Made by a program: the position numbers and the translations under genes. This document shows positions 27,012 to 39,873 of a stretch of 64,000 bases of DNA, piece by piece. How positions within the stretch are numbered: position 1 is the first letter of the stretch; every line of letters begins with the position of its first letter. Source of the stretch: Chlorokybus atmophyticus (Eukaryota > Plantae > Mesostigma and Chlorokybus algae); NCBI GenBank assembly GCA_009103225.1, contig RHPI01000772.1, positions 1-64,000 on the forward strand, read 5' to 3'. Under the pieces are notes generated by a model. That model was not told where the DNA came from. It saw only the letters and a program-made list of their open reading frames with translations, and searched no databases.

Positions 27012-27198
27012 GGGTTGCGCACGTTTTTTGAGTTACGTGCAAAGGCGCGAATGTTGGTGTTGGCATTGATGCTGTTTACTTTCTGTGTTGCCACATGCGT
27101 CAACTTGTAGATAAACTTCACACCTGTGTTCATGGGTTGCGCACGTTTTTTGAGTTACGTGCAGAGGCGCGAATGTTGGTGTTGGCATTGATGCTGTT
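26955..27198. repeat. 122-bp tandem duplication covering the GIY-YIG 5' end
   Basis: ACTTTCTGTGTTGCC at 26956 and 27078; the distal copy keeps ATG (27133-27131) where the proximal copy has ATA (27011-27009). Confidence 0.9.
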
Positions 27199-27519
27199 TC
27201 TTGCTGCCGAGGATCGCAGGATCATCTGGACCTCATCGTTTACCTGCAAAGAACAATGGTACTATGAATGCTGCAGTACACATCCGAGATTGATGTTGAA
27301 TATGGAACATATATGCGTAGCGAAGTAGAAGCAAGGAAACAGACCACGGGTACAGAATATGAGCAAAGGGAGCCAATGCAAAAACAGAAGTGTAACAAAG
27401 GATGGAGCGACTGCATGGGTTCTGGCTTGATGTGCCCATTGTTATTGAACTCTGCTACGCAACCATAGCATTCTCACGCATCGCGACTAATCTTGGCAAG
27501 CACAGTAATCCCATCATCA

Positions 27520-28420
27520 ACTTGGATAACCACACACCTCATGGGCAGCAACATTTGCTACTAGAGCTTCCCTTGGGTCTGCTTTGTTGATTTGCTCAAT
27601 GATTTTTTCTGCATTTCCTTGCGACATGAAACGCGCTGTCTCCCAGTTGCAAACTTTGCGAATGTGAACCAGCTCGAACACCTGTGAAACATCTATTAAC
27701 TACAGGTATTTGGCCAATGACCCAGTGTCACATTCATACATACATGATTAGCGTAAATTGGCTCTGCATTATCAGGAAGCTCCGGGTTGTCCTTGCGCAT
27801 CAGAGTGTCCCACAGCTTGTAAGCTACTTGGTGCTTCAGGTCATCAAAAATGTCGATGCCGAGCTTCCTGAGGTAGTAGATGCATGTTCCTACACATACT
27901 TGCATCAGTTAACACATGCACCACAGTGTGTCAGTGTACATTTTCCGCTTCTCACCAGTTGCAATAGAGTCCCCGTGGTTTATGCGAAACTCTTGAGCTC
28001 TCTCTTTGGCAGAGCGAATTAACTTATCGGCCTCTGGCTTGGTGAATAGCCCCTTAGCTTGTCGGGAGTGATTCCTGCTGAGTCACATGCTACCAGTTGT
28101 TTCGCTGTCAGCGGACGACCAGGCGCATCACCTCCGGAGCTACTGGTACGTGGACGCTTAGAGCCAGGTTCGTCATTGGAAATTTGAGCGTGGAGCCTCT
28201 CGAACAGGTCTTTTCCGTTAAAGTCCATGCTGTCAACCAGATGCATTGTCAATGTAACGGTTGCCAACTAATGACTCACAGGTTCGAGATCAAACAGAGG
28301 CCAACTGAGCCACGTTGTTACCTGTGTCTGGCTGAGGTGACAGTTTCCGACGATGGGCAGGTGTCTGAGGCGGGTGATGCCACAGGCATGTATGCACAGT
28401 GCCCTGCGACTTGACGTTTC
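27520..28420 (-). pseudogene. Possible degenerate multi-exon gene of unknown function
   Basis: Protein-like segments (28019..28267, 27696..27905, VFELVHIRKVCNWETARF...) with plausible splice sites but in-frame stops. Confidence 0.3.
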
Positions 28421-28691
28421 AACTGGTGTACATTTACAGCAGCGTTAGATATATTGCCAATGTATATCTGCGTGGCAAGGACAACGGTCTGTGTCGGCAG
28501 AACACCACGTGCTAAGCCATGCCGCCATGCGATTTGTCAAAAGAGTTGATGGGATGGAGGAGATGATTGCATACAAAGCATGGTTGGATGACGGGTGATA
28601 CGGCAATCAACTGAATGTGCCATGTCATCAAACCGTACAATGCGTACAGTGTGGTCATGAGATGCAGTTCATGTTACGCGATATGGTTCCA

Positions 28692-28940
28692 TATCGTCGA
28701 ACATGGAACCACATCACGCAGTGTTTTGCAACATCGTTCATACATGCACAAACATCATGCGATATCCGTTGATATCAAACAACGTTGCGCAACAGCGTAC
28801 CATGTCGCCTAAAGCAATATCGTCCAACTTGGAACCATGTAGTGCAATGTTGTGCAACATCGATCTCACATGCTCAAACATTCGCGATATGCGTTGATAT
28901 CAAACAACGTTGCGCAACATCGTATTATATCGCCAAATGA
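28692..28940. repeat. 125-bp tandem repeat, 2 copies
   Basis: GTTGATATCAAACAACGTTGCGCAACA at 28768 and 28893; the rest of the units also aligns. Confidence 0.8.
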
Positions 28941-29023
28941 TGCAACATATGTCACACCATTGCGCAACACTAACTGGACTTACCAATTATCAACGTCAAT
29001 CCCCAGGAACGGGCGTCATCTCT

Positions 29024-32000
29024 TCAGGGCGCGATAAAACGCGTCAACCGTAAATACGCCCTGTTTGTCACGCGCGACAACGCCACATACCACAATCCAG
29101 GAGCAAAAGCTTCCTGCATGTGGACAACAGTAGTTGATTGCAGCGTTGCACCTTGACACTTGTGCACTGTCATTGCATACGCTAGCTGCAAAGGAAACAC
29201 AGCTTTGTAGTACGTTTTGCCTTGAAACGTTGTTGTTTGCTGTATTGTTCGGCGCATCCACATGGAGTCTGCCAAATGGTCAAATGTAACTTGTATACTG
29301 CTCACATTACCTTTGTAGTATCTAAACTGCGTCACTGTTCCCAAAGACCCATTGGCTACACCATGGCTACACCTTGCAGTGAAACGTTTTGTAAAACCAA
29401 CACCTTTGCTCCCTTGGCGACTGAAGGTAATAAGTTGAACTTGGGCTTGTGAATCCAGTCGTACAGCTCGGGCACGTTCACTGCATTAGAAGTAATTTGT
29501 ATTGGCACAATGGTATCGGCTGCAAAACGTTGTCTCACAATCATGCTGTTGAAAGCCAGTGTGTCTTATACATGTGAACACAATATGGCTGCATCACTTG
29601 GTAACTGTTGTAAGTACTCCGAAGTGACCAGACAACCACCTAACGCATCTGCTATCTCTGTTGAACTGGGTATGCCACAACGAATCTGAATCAAGAATTG
29701 AGCAAACAGAGGGTCTGAAGCATGACGCACTGAAACAGATAGAAAATGTTGCCTACGTAATGGCCACCTCTGTGATGCAGAAATATGGCATTTGTGGCAA
29801 ACCTGCGATGTGTCTTGGACTTTGTGTCCACAAACTGCTGGCAGTTGCTTGTGGTCACCAACCAATACAACGCCGATTGTTTGTAGAAATTCTGGTCCAT
29901 GAACTTGCTGTAAGCGCAGCATCACCAAGTCAAACAACCGCGATGTCATCATGGAAAACTCGTCAATAATAAATACTCGACAATGATGTAACAGTTTGTA
30001 AGCATCATCCATAGCAGTTACAAACCGGAGTTGCTGACCGTTGACAGGTATTGCGAAGTTGGAATGTACAGTTGAAGCAGATGAGCTGAGCCGCAAAGCC
30101 GCAGCGCCAGTTGTAGCACTAAGTAAAACAGGTATCCCAGCAACGCGCAACTTGTGAGTGATGAATTTGGTCAAAAATGTTCTGCCTGTTCCTGAACAAC
30201 CAGATATTACATGTAGACCAACCGGTGTTGCAATGATACTACTTGCGGTGCGTTCTTGCTGGCTAGTCAAAGAGAGATTGTTTGCAAACGCAAACTCCTC
30301 AACATTCAATGTACCTTGAAACATCGGCGCCGATACATCTGAGTCCGTTGTCACAGTTGAAGCTGGAGATGCAGGATTGGATGATGAAGCTGTTGGATAC
30401 CGCGTGGTAGGTTCTGGTGCAGTTTGACTGTCTGTCGGACCAACTGCAGCCATAGACAAGGCATTAATAGCATTATCAGTGGTCTGCATCATGGCATTCA
30501 TCATATGGTGAATCTTAACATCATTGTATAGATGACGTTCGGCATAGCGCGTGACATGTGTCAACAAACTGCGGTTTGTGTTGTTAATGAAACCCCGCAA
30601 CACACATTCTTCATAGTAAGTGCGTGATTGGCTGTTCAAAGAAATCATATCAACTTCAGAGCGAAAAGTAACCCGCTGAAGAAGTAAATTGAAACATAAC
30701 CCTTCAATGCTGTGTACAGCATGGTAATCCGTGAATTTGATGATGCGCGGGACAGCTAACTCATAAACGAACGCATTCAGTCTGTCTCTTAGAGTACGCA
30801 CAGTGTTATGTGGCACAGTGTCTCCATCTCGGTGCATGTACTGTCAAAAGTAGTTGTACATTGTGACTCTTTCCACCTCGTCAGGCCTGACACAATAACA
30901 ATGAATGGGATGCACAATTACTGTCCGTGCACGATTCGTTCACTATGCGAGAACGATTGTTGAGCAAACGCGTGTCAACATATGTTACATTGGACGACAT
31001 ATGCATGATGGGAATATTCAAACATATCAAAGCAGCTTCAGCTGGAGCAATGGGTTTGGACAAGTACATTGTGTTCAATATGCGCAATTCCTTAACAGTC
31101 AATCCTTGCAAATCGAGTGCATTGGTGTCTAATGCATCATCAACAGTGCCACAAGGTTCCATTTTAATTGTGTACTTGACTAAATACTTGCTCCGATGAC
31201 TGTCAGTGACTTGCAACACATTACAATGAGCACCCCACAACAATAAAAACACTGGATGTGTGGGAACAACATTGCGGTCACAAGTGCGTGGTCTGTAATA
31301 ATTGTACCTGCGCGTTTCTGTGTTGAACTGAGGTCGACGATCTGGTTGTACGGGATATGGAAAGCCCATGTCGCTCTTGTTGTCAAATGCTCTGCAGCCA
31401 CTGCCAACATCAGAACACTTGTGCATTTGCTTGCGTACAACATATTCATAAAGGACTCGCAGTTTAGAATCAGTTGGTACCATTATCTGCTAACTTGCAT
31501 GGTCAAAATCTCCGGGGATAAACGCAGTGATTTCACTGCAAACGCGTTTAACATCGTCAGGATGTAACCACAACATAACATGTGCATGCAAAGATCCATG
31601 GTGTTGTGTTTCATACCTGATAACATAGTGCATCACACGTCCAAGGATATCCTTTTGCATGATATATTCTTCAAAGAAGGTGCTGAACCGATGATGAAAC
31701 AAACGTGCGCACTCCACAGGGGCATCGCGCCAACCAAGTTGCGTAGAGACGTTGTGGAGAACATTCTGCAAATCAATGATCTTAGGGAATTTGGTACTGG
31801 ACACTTCATTTGCAGTCATGGTGACAAAGAGATGAGGCATACCCCAATGCTCAACCAGACACATCAGCTCACTCAACTTTTGTCGATGCCAACTCGGAGA
31901 TCCAATGATGTCACCAAGGACACGAAATTTTACAGCATTTTTGATGGCATGGTTGATTGTGGCAGTAGGTCGTTGTTTGAGGAACTTTTCAATATCAGCG

Positions 32001-33247
32001 TCCACAGCAACTTTGCGGCACTTTCTGATTGTAAGAAGTGATTGACGGATTTGGTACATCAATAGCAAATAAGGCTTGTACAATGTGAAAACTGAGAACG
32101 ATTGTGTAAGACGGAACTTGACATAGTCTGACAGTTTGCTGTACACGTTACCATCAAAGAACCCACGATTGTGCGGAAACAACATGGGAAACAGAGCAGA
32201 CTCAACGGTTAAACCCGGAATGTTGTACGCACCACCTGTATCCATGTGTATCAAAAGAGGAACACAAGGCTCACGCAGCGACATATGTCCAACGCGCAAC
32301 ATGGTGTCCAGTGTGACTTCAATTGTGCTGCGCGAAGGAAATGGCAACAAAGTCGTTAAAACGTATGTGTATGCTGATTCACCAGCAATGTTCAAAGGAT
32401 TACGATCATGTGCACGAGACACAATGCTACGAATAGTAGATGAACCGACAGTGGGGATGCCGTCAAAACCAAATGGTTGTTCTGCCAAGGTCTGATATTT
32501 CTGAACCAGAGTGTTGGATGATAATAGCTCGCTCAACAACTCCAGCAACAAGATGGCATGTTGGTTCTAATGTGTAAACTCATCCCAAGTGATAAACGGA
32601 CCGTTTATCATGTTCAACTGCTGAATTTGGCCCGAAGTGAAACTATATGAGTTATAGTTGCAAAGCGCCATGGACGTGTTAACAAGGGACAACATCTGCA
32701 CTACCATTGGATGTGTCTCCAACAACTTGCGAATGTACACTGCGCTGTGTAACACAATGTAATTGGAACGCTCCGACCCGTGACTACATCGATGCCATTG
32801 GTAGTAATCACTATCACACTTAGTATAATCGGACATAAAAACATTAGCCAAATGATATGGTGCAACGGTGGATACTGATCGTCGATACATTGGACGATAA
32901 GTAGCAGCAGCAGAGTAAAACTGTACATGCCCGCACAAAGAACAACATTGCATTCGCGTGACAAACTTACGTTGTGCATCTTGCCAACAGGAAAGCAAAT
33001 CATCGCAGTCGTCCCACAATTCGCAATGCTGAGACAAATCGCAATGTTGCTCATAAGTCATAGCAGATGACGAAACAATACACCAGGAACATATCAACCG
33101 CCCTGGCATTTGTCGCCATCCAAAAGAACCATCTCGGCACAGTCCAGCAATGAGGGCGTGCAAAGGTGCGAATCCACATGCACAATATCTCTGATGTGTA
33201 GTAAAATGTTGCGATATGATTACATATGCGGCGATATGGTGCAACAT
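29024..33247 (-). mobile_element. Helitron Rep/helicase, degenerate (stops and frameshifts); element ends not located
   Basis: HUH Rep motifs FVTMTAN, YETQHHGSLHAHVMLW, YLVKYTIK; PIF1 motifs GCSGTGRT, ATTGAAA, IIDEFSM, GDHKQLP, FPLQLAYAMTVHKCQGATL, VALSRV; Cys/His-rich N-terminal part. Confidence 0.92.
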
Positions 33248-33300
33248 GGTGCCATATGATTACATATGCGGCGATATGGTGCAACATGGTGCTATGTGAT
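33214..33300. repeat. 40-bp tandem repeat, 2 copies plus a partial
   Basis: ATATGATTACATATGCGGCGATATGGTGCAACATGGTGC at 33214 and 33254. Confidence 0.9.
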
Positions 33301-35420
33301 TAGGAAATGCTGTTAAGTGTTTTAAAACTTAATAATCAACGTAACGTTCACGCCACGGTACGTGCTGCGATACTTAGTAAATAATGCCGAGGTTACGACC
33401 ATCAAAGTAATGCTAACCTGAATTACCTTAATGTTATGATTCAACTAAACGAAAAATCGCATCGTTAGGCCACCATTTGGTCACGCATGAGATTGATCAA
33501 ATGGGATCGCAACGGTGACAACAGCCAGTTGCTCAAAAAGGCAGCAAATTGGCCAATCATTGCAAAGATGCGTAAAAGATGCTGAAAAATATCTCAGCGG
33601 CAACCGCTTACCAACGGCGACCCAAAATCGCTAGGGATTTGGTGCAATTGCGGCACAGTTAGTGGTTAAAACGGCCGCGTTTTTGGCGGAACGAGGTCGG
33701 GGCAGGCCCCATACCCCAAAGACATGCCGCCACTACTCACCCTCGTTCTAACTAATCCACTCTACCCTTTAACGCTGATTGATTACACGCTACAGTTACT
33801 GCGTCATCAAACATGGTCAACAGCCGAATAAGTGCCAGCAGCGGCAGCAGGGGCGGTGTTGACTGATCGACCATGACGACAATGCTGCAGCAGGACACGC
33901 AGGTGTTGAAGATACATGCAACCCAAACACAGGCTTTCTGTACTGATGCAAGTGTACTTACGCGCATGCAACTAGCACAAACACAAGCCCAACACACAGC
34001 CACGCACTCGCACAAAGGAGGCAGCAGCCAACTAATAAGGCATTGGCAAGGGCATGCTAGGCTATGTGCTTGTAGCTAAGTGCACGAGCGGGGTAAGGGC
34101 GTTGGGGCGGAGCAGCAAGCAGTGCAGTGGCAAACAACTAGCCGACCTGAGCAACAGGTGGCAGAGGTTAGGCCAGTGTTGGTGTAGTGCAGGCAGCAAG
34201 GCAGGACAATTGCAGCAGGCCAATGTGGCAGGCGAGTATGGCGGGGATGCTGTGCTGTGAATGGCGAAGTTGTGGCGGACGCGAGGCTTTGTACACATCT
34301 TAGGTTTCGTAGTGTAAGACCCGCGGATGAACGCCGTCACAATGGCTGCGAGCGGCTTTGATGATGCAGCCAGTAGCACGCAGGCAGTTGATGCAATAGC
34401 ACCAATTAGTTAGCTCCAAATACAGCACAGAGACAGTCACTTAGTTAGCTCCAAACGCAAAGACTATGCATTGGCATGCATGCAATGCATGATGTCTAAC
34501 GGGGTAATTAGTGTCGTGCTGATTGAGTAGCTAGGCTAACATGTAGCCCGGTGGTGTTATATGTAAACGCATGCATGCGGTGTGCTGAGTTGATATGTGA
34601 GTGTGCTTTGCATGCGGTGTGCTTTGCATGCGCGTGATGCAGCTTGCATCTTTTGTACATTGGCATGCACTGCAGCAACAGACATAGAGCACATGTGCGG
34701 GCAGACACTCTGCTCCCAGCACACAAAGCATGCATACATACATGCAATGGCTCACAATCACAAGCAATTGTATAAAGCCTATGCCGCTGCTTGCACTGAG
34801 TGGCATTGGGCCCCCTTCCAAGTCAGGCCCCTACCTGGTTAGCCCTCTGGTGTACATGAATTAGATTCTACCTTGATAACGTGGGTGGAGTGCTTGCATC
34901 CGCATGTTGACGCATGGCGCGAGGCACAGCTAGGAAAATGCACTGCCCGCGACATGCATGTGTGGTTGATTGATTATCCGATTGCAGGCTATGCAAGATT
35001 TTGCGTAAGTGACTATCAGGCACACAGCAAAGAGCAAACGCCACATTACTTGCTCATGATCTGTGACTGGTAGCTCACTCGCATCATTCGCAATTTCATG
35101 CAAAGGCCTACATTATGAAGACTGTGCAGCTCTGCATCAAAGCGAGCCCATGTCGGGCTACAAAGCAGTCGGTGCTTCCTACATTATTACATCCACCCAT
35201 TGAGTAGGTTCTATGTACTAGGGTGACAGTGGGCTCATGCAGTGCTGACGAAAGTGAATGCGCTAGTTCCTACTGCTTGTTTCCAAAATTGGTGTACATA
35301 CAGAACTTCAGTACACTGCGCAGTGTACTAAACAAGCTCTGCACTGGAAGGGCATAATATGGCATGGACTTGTGGCAGCTGCCACGCTGTACATGGCTTG
35401 CGCAACTCCAACCAGCAGAG

Positions 35421-37701
35421 TTACTGGTTGTCAACTCTCGGGCGCACCCTGCGACCTCTAGCATCACCTCCGTCGCCTTCATACATGCCGGCAGGCCCTG
35501 CTTCAGGGTTGTTTGCGTTGGGCGGTGGTACGGCCGGTGGCTGTCTCTGAGGTTGAGCAACAGCTGGCAATGCAGGCTGCTGGGGTTGCCTCCTGGGGGC
35601 AGCACCTCCAGGTGCTGGTGCGCGCAACATGGCTGCATTGGGCGGCATGGGAGGGGCAACATGAAGTGCTTGCGGCCGTGTAATCACAAGGGCTGTCTGC
35701 TGTTGTTGTGGCAAAGCGGCCGCTGCCGCGCCTCCTGTCAAGCCTGCTATGGCCCGCAACAACGCCTGTTGCAAGGACGGACAGCTTTTGCTCATGTGCT
35801 CGTACCCTTCCGACGCCATAACAGCACCAAGATTCTGCGCTGTAAACTGAAGGCACACCGATCGCAGTTGCATGGCGTTGTGCTGTTCCGCCAGAGCCAG
35901 CGTTGTGGCAGCAGTTGACACATCAAGGCTCTCACAAAGTTTGGCCTCGCACATCAATCGCAACCTGTCAAGCGCAAACCGATCCGCTGCTGCTAGCAAA
36001 TGCTGGGCCATGGTGTTTGTAGAGAGCACGGAGTCTTCAAGCGAGCCAGAGTAGATGTACTGCAATAATGCCTGCGAATGTGCACTGCCATCAGCACCGT
36101 CAACTGCTATAGCTAGTTTGCGTGCAAAGCACTTGGCAACAAGCGCACAGCCCAGCACCTTGAACACCGGAGCCTTGACATCTTCCACCAACACCTTCCC
36201 TTCGGCACCTTCTCTCATGGGAGAATTCAGTAGTGCCTGTGACCAACGTGCGTGATAAGGATAGCAGTCCCAGCAAGTGACTGCAGTGACCACATGAGCA
36301 CCTACCTGAAATACTGGAGATCTGGCGCACAAAATAAGCTTATGTGCTCGAAACTCTTCACTATCCACATCAAAAACGACATCAGTGTTTTGTCCGCTCT
36401 CCAGCAAAGTGAGCAAGTCTGAGCCTAGTTTGCTTGGCGGAACTGGGATTGTACACCGCTGCTGCCCTGTGGTGGAGCTGACCACAACCCCAACAGTGCA
36501 GCGGATGTCCAATGTATCGTCTTTGAGGTATCCAGAGTTTTCAAGATTTAGTCGCTTGAAAAAGCGCTTATATCCCCTGCACCAAAGCGCTCTCAGTTTG
36601 CAGTAGAAGCCCTAGTGACAGCTGGTGGGCTCACGCAAACTGCGAATTGAGTGGTTGCTTGTACATGCAGAGAAGGTTTGGCTCATGGCGTACACAATGC
36701 ACTCACCACATAGAGCCTCGGTACTTCAGGGTGTAAGGGCCAGACTCCAGAGCGCGGCCAAAGTGAGAATGCACCTTATGATCAGCCTTGTCGCTCTGAT
36801 CCATCATCATTAGCTCAAACAGCGCGCGTACATCATGGCCCTCACTAGCCAAAGCGATGAAAAGCGAGACATACTGCGCACTGTCCTCCTCATTCTTGCC
36901 GTCCGGGTAGAAATACATGGCCCAGTCATACCTGCATGGCGATGAGCACAAAAAAGTATAGAGTGATGCCACATCTTCTCAAGCAGGAGGTCAATCCAGC
37001 TAGATTGCAGTCTGGGGCATAGCTTCCTTGCTTGCCAGACCTGGTAGGCTGGTCCAAGCAATGCTGAGTATGTGAAAGATGTGTAACAGCCAGTTTCGGC
37101 AACCCCACCCCCACCCCAACCCCAACCCCAACCCCAACCCCCAAACACAGATCTATATAACAACACCAACGCTGATCAGGACGCTGACTGCCCGCGTATT
37201 TACTGCAATTGATGAGTGCAACCAAATGACAACGCTGGATGCACGTGTGGGAACTATCGAGTGCTATCAATATGTGCGTAACAAACTGTCACCAAGACTA
37301 ACAAGCAGTAATCAGGAAGCACACAAATAAAACACTTGTTCGCTATGCTCGTGCTGCTGCGGCTGTCGCTGCATTCCATGGTTGCCTACTGCGCCTGTAG
37401 CATGCTGATATGACCCAGATGGTGCTGACACGACAGTGTTCCTGATTAATCAACATGATATATAGTAATCGATGGCTACTTACCCGCCAACAGAGAATGT
37501 CTCGCTCGCAATATACTTGCCGATGCCCATGCCTTTGGCAAGCGAATATCCAGATATTGTGAACTGGTGGCTTCCCTTTATGGTGTCCGTGGTGCTATGC
37601 GACTTGGTCATATCTGGCACGGACGCTCCTGCCCCACCTTCGCCCCCTGCTGACCCTGCTCCGCCGCCAGCGGGAATCACCCCGGGCGGAGCTGCAGCCA
37701 T
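35421..37701 (-). CDS. BPM: BTB/POZ-MATH protein (CUL3 substrate adaptor, SPOP/BPM family)
   Basis: MATH: [50 protein letters not shown]; BTB: [28 protein letters not shown]; C-terminal GRRVRPR NLS-like. Confidence 0.95.
37103..37144. repeat. (CCCCAA)n-like tract in BPM intron 1
   Basis: CCCCACCCCCACCCCAACCCCAACCCCAACCCCAACCCCC. Confidence 0.85.
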
Positions 37702-38311
37702 CCACGATGCCGATGACAACTACGTCCACGTCCACAACTACAACGCCCCACCCTCGCACCAGATCCCGAACGCGGACAAACCCTAGCGCAGAAGGCCAAT
37801 AAGCGGCCAAAAAACAACAGCCTCCCTTTCGCCAACCCTCTATCACGCGCCACAGTCTAAGCACAGCAGCACTGGAACGCAACAGCCGTCAACGACAATG
37901 CGGACAGCACCAGCACGCACAACCGCCTCCGCCGCCAACCAGACCGCCGCCGCCGCCGCCTATGTAGCGACTTTTTGGTCTCCGCAAGCGCAGGCCCAAC
38001 GGCTTACACCTCGCTAAGGTCTCGCTAATGTGAACATGCAATGACGGCAAGTCGCTACTTTGGGTTGGAAGCGACTTTGCGGCACGCATCTTGAAGCCGT
38101 TGCAGTTCGCTTGCAGCGTCAGTCGAATGATAGAGCGCATGTGCATTTTGGCGGGAGCGTGTTCGCGTGCTACGTCGACGGTCGATTCACTGGTCAAGCT
38201 GCCCGACGAGTGCAATTGTCGGCTTTGTGCTATGAGCAAACCCTAGCCTTGCGTTGGGCCAGGGTGTGAGCGTCTTGGGGCAGGGTGTGAGCGTCGACGG
38301 CAGTTGGGGCA
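37702..38311. promoter_or_regulatory. Divergent BPM/FKBP16-3 promoter with telo-boxes and site II motifs
   Basis: AAACCCTA at 37778 and 38238; GGCCCA at 37993; TGGGCC at 38255. Confidence 0.5.
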
Positions 38312-39873
38312 ATGGCGGCTGTGTCATTGACGCCCGCAGGCGTTGTAGCGTTCTCTCGAGCTCCCAAGGTGAGTCCATCTTCCTGCTTGCTTGTTGACTC
38401 GCTCTGGCATGTGTGCATTGCTGCTGGAGGCAACGGGAGAGGCAGCACTGCAACAGCAAGTGTGATGTGTCTGTTGCGCTGGTGATCAATTGCCTCCCTC
38501 AAGTCTGCATTGCAATACAGGTGTCGAAGCGCTCTGGTCAGCACCCAAACGTACGACGTAAGGGCGTTGTGAGCACTGTGCATTCTGCAATTTATTCTGC
38601 CTGCTGCATACACATGTTTACCCTAAGCTTGACGGCCGCAACCGTTGTGTGACATGCACACCGCTTCGCAGGTGAAAGCAAGGCAAGTTGCGTGACGTCA
38701 GTGGTTCGGAGGGCAACCAGCTGTAGTGCTGTGGAGAGCAGCAGTATTACTGGTACTCAGAGCAGCCGGAGGGAAGCGCTGGCTTCGCTAGGGTTCCTGT
38801 CAGCTGTGCTGCTTGCAGTGCCCGAGGCGCTCGCTGCATCCGCCACGATCCCGGATCAAGATGACATCAAGTTGTGCACCGGAGAGTGCTTAAAGCAGCT
38901 GGACAGCGTAAGTTGACTAGGATTTACTTCACTGTGCTTGCAGCATGCTTCAGACAAAGCAGCGTCAGCATGTAGAACTTGAATATACCTGCAACTGCCG
39001 TGCAGATTGACATGCAAACCACCAAGTCCGGATTGCAGTACAAGGACATAGTTGTCGGCAAGGGCCCCAGCCCGCGCATTGGTTTCCAGGTTGGAGAATG
39101 CTGATGTTGAATGCCCGCTACTTGCAGTTGTTTCACCTGCGCTTGCTTCATTGCCCAAGCTGTGGCATTTGCCAATAGAAGTCTTCTGTTGTGTGCTCAC
39201 ACTGTTACATTTGCCAGCATTAGTCAGCGGCTCGTGGGTTTGCCTGTTGCAGGTAGCTGTGAACTATGTGGCCATGGTGCCAAATGGCCAAGTCTTCAAC
39301 AGGTTAGTCCAAAGGCTATTACTTACAACTCATTGGATACATATGCACGGCACTGGGCTTGGATGCTGATGCGTGTCTTGCCTTGTGCTTAGTTCGCTAG
39401 AGGCAAAGCGACCGTACATCATTCGCATTGGCACTGGTCAGGTAGGCCATCAAGTTCAAGAGCAAACCCAGCATGCAGTGTGCACAACTCAGCCTGTCTG
39501 TGAACCCATGTGTGCTAATAGCCGTGTGATGTTTAGGTCATACCTGGCCTAGATGAAGGCGTGCAGACAATGAAAGTTGGAGGCTTGAGGCGTCTCTACA
39601 TCCCTGGAAACGTACGGCTTCATAGTCACGCGCTCATGCTGATTAGTTTTGGCAATGCTTGCTTCAACTTTGGTTCGCACGATTGGATCAAGGATGGCGC
39701 CTGCTCGGTAGATTAAAAAAACCACGGCTCACTTGTGTGGCGGTATGCAGATGGCGTTTCCCAAGGGTTTGGGCTCGGCTCCTGGTCGCCCCCGGGTGCC
39801 GCCTTCAAGCCCAGTGGTTTTTGATGTGGAGTTGTTGTTCATCCCTGGTTTGGATGATGAGGAAGAGGCCTAG
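38312..39873 (+). CDS. FKBP16-3: Thylakoid-lumen FKBP-type peptidyl-prolyl isomerase
   Basis: Twin-arginine SRREAL signal; LCTGECLKQLDS, TTKSGLQYKDIVVGKGPSP, VAVNYVAMVPNG, AFPKGLGSAPGRPRVPPSSPVVFDVELLFIPGL. The 5' exons are inferred. Confidence 0.9.

Noticed and set aside
22931-39470. 17-bp match GTTCAAGAGCAAACCCA at 22931 and 39454
   Set aside because: One such match is not unlikely in 64 kb and does not extend.
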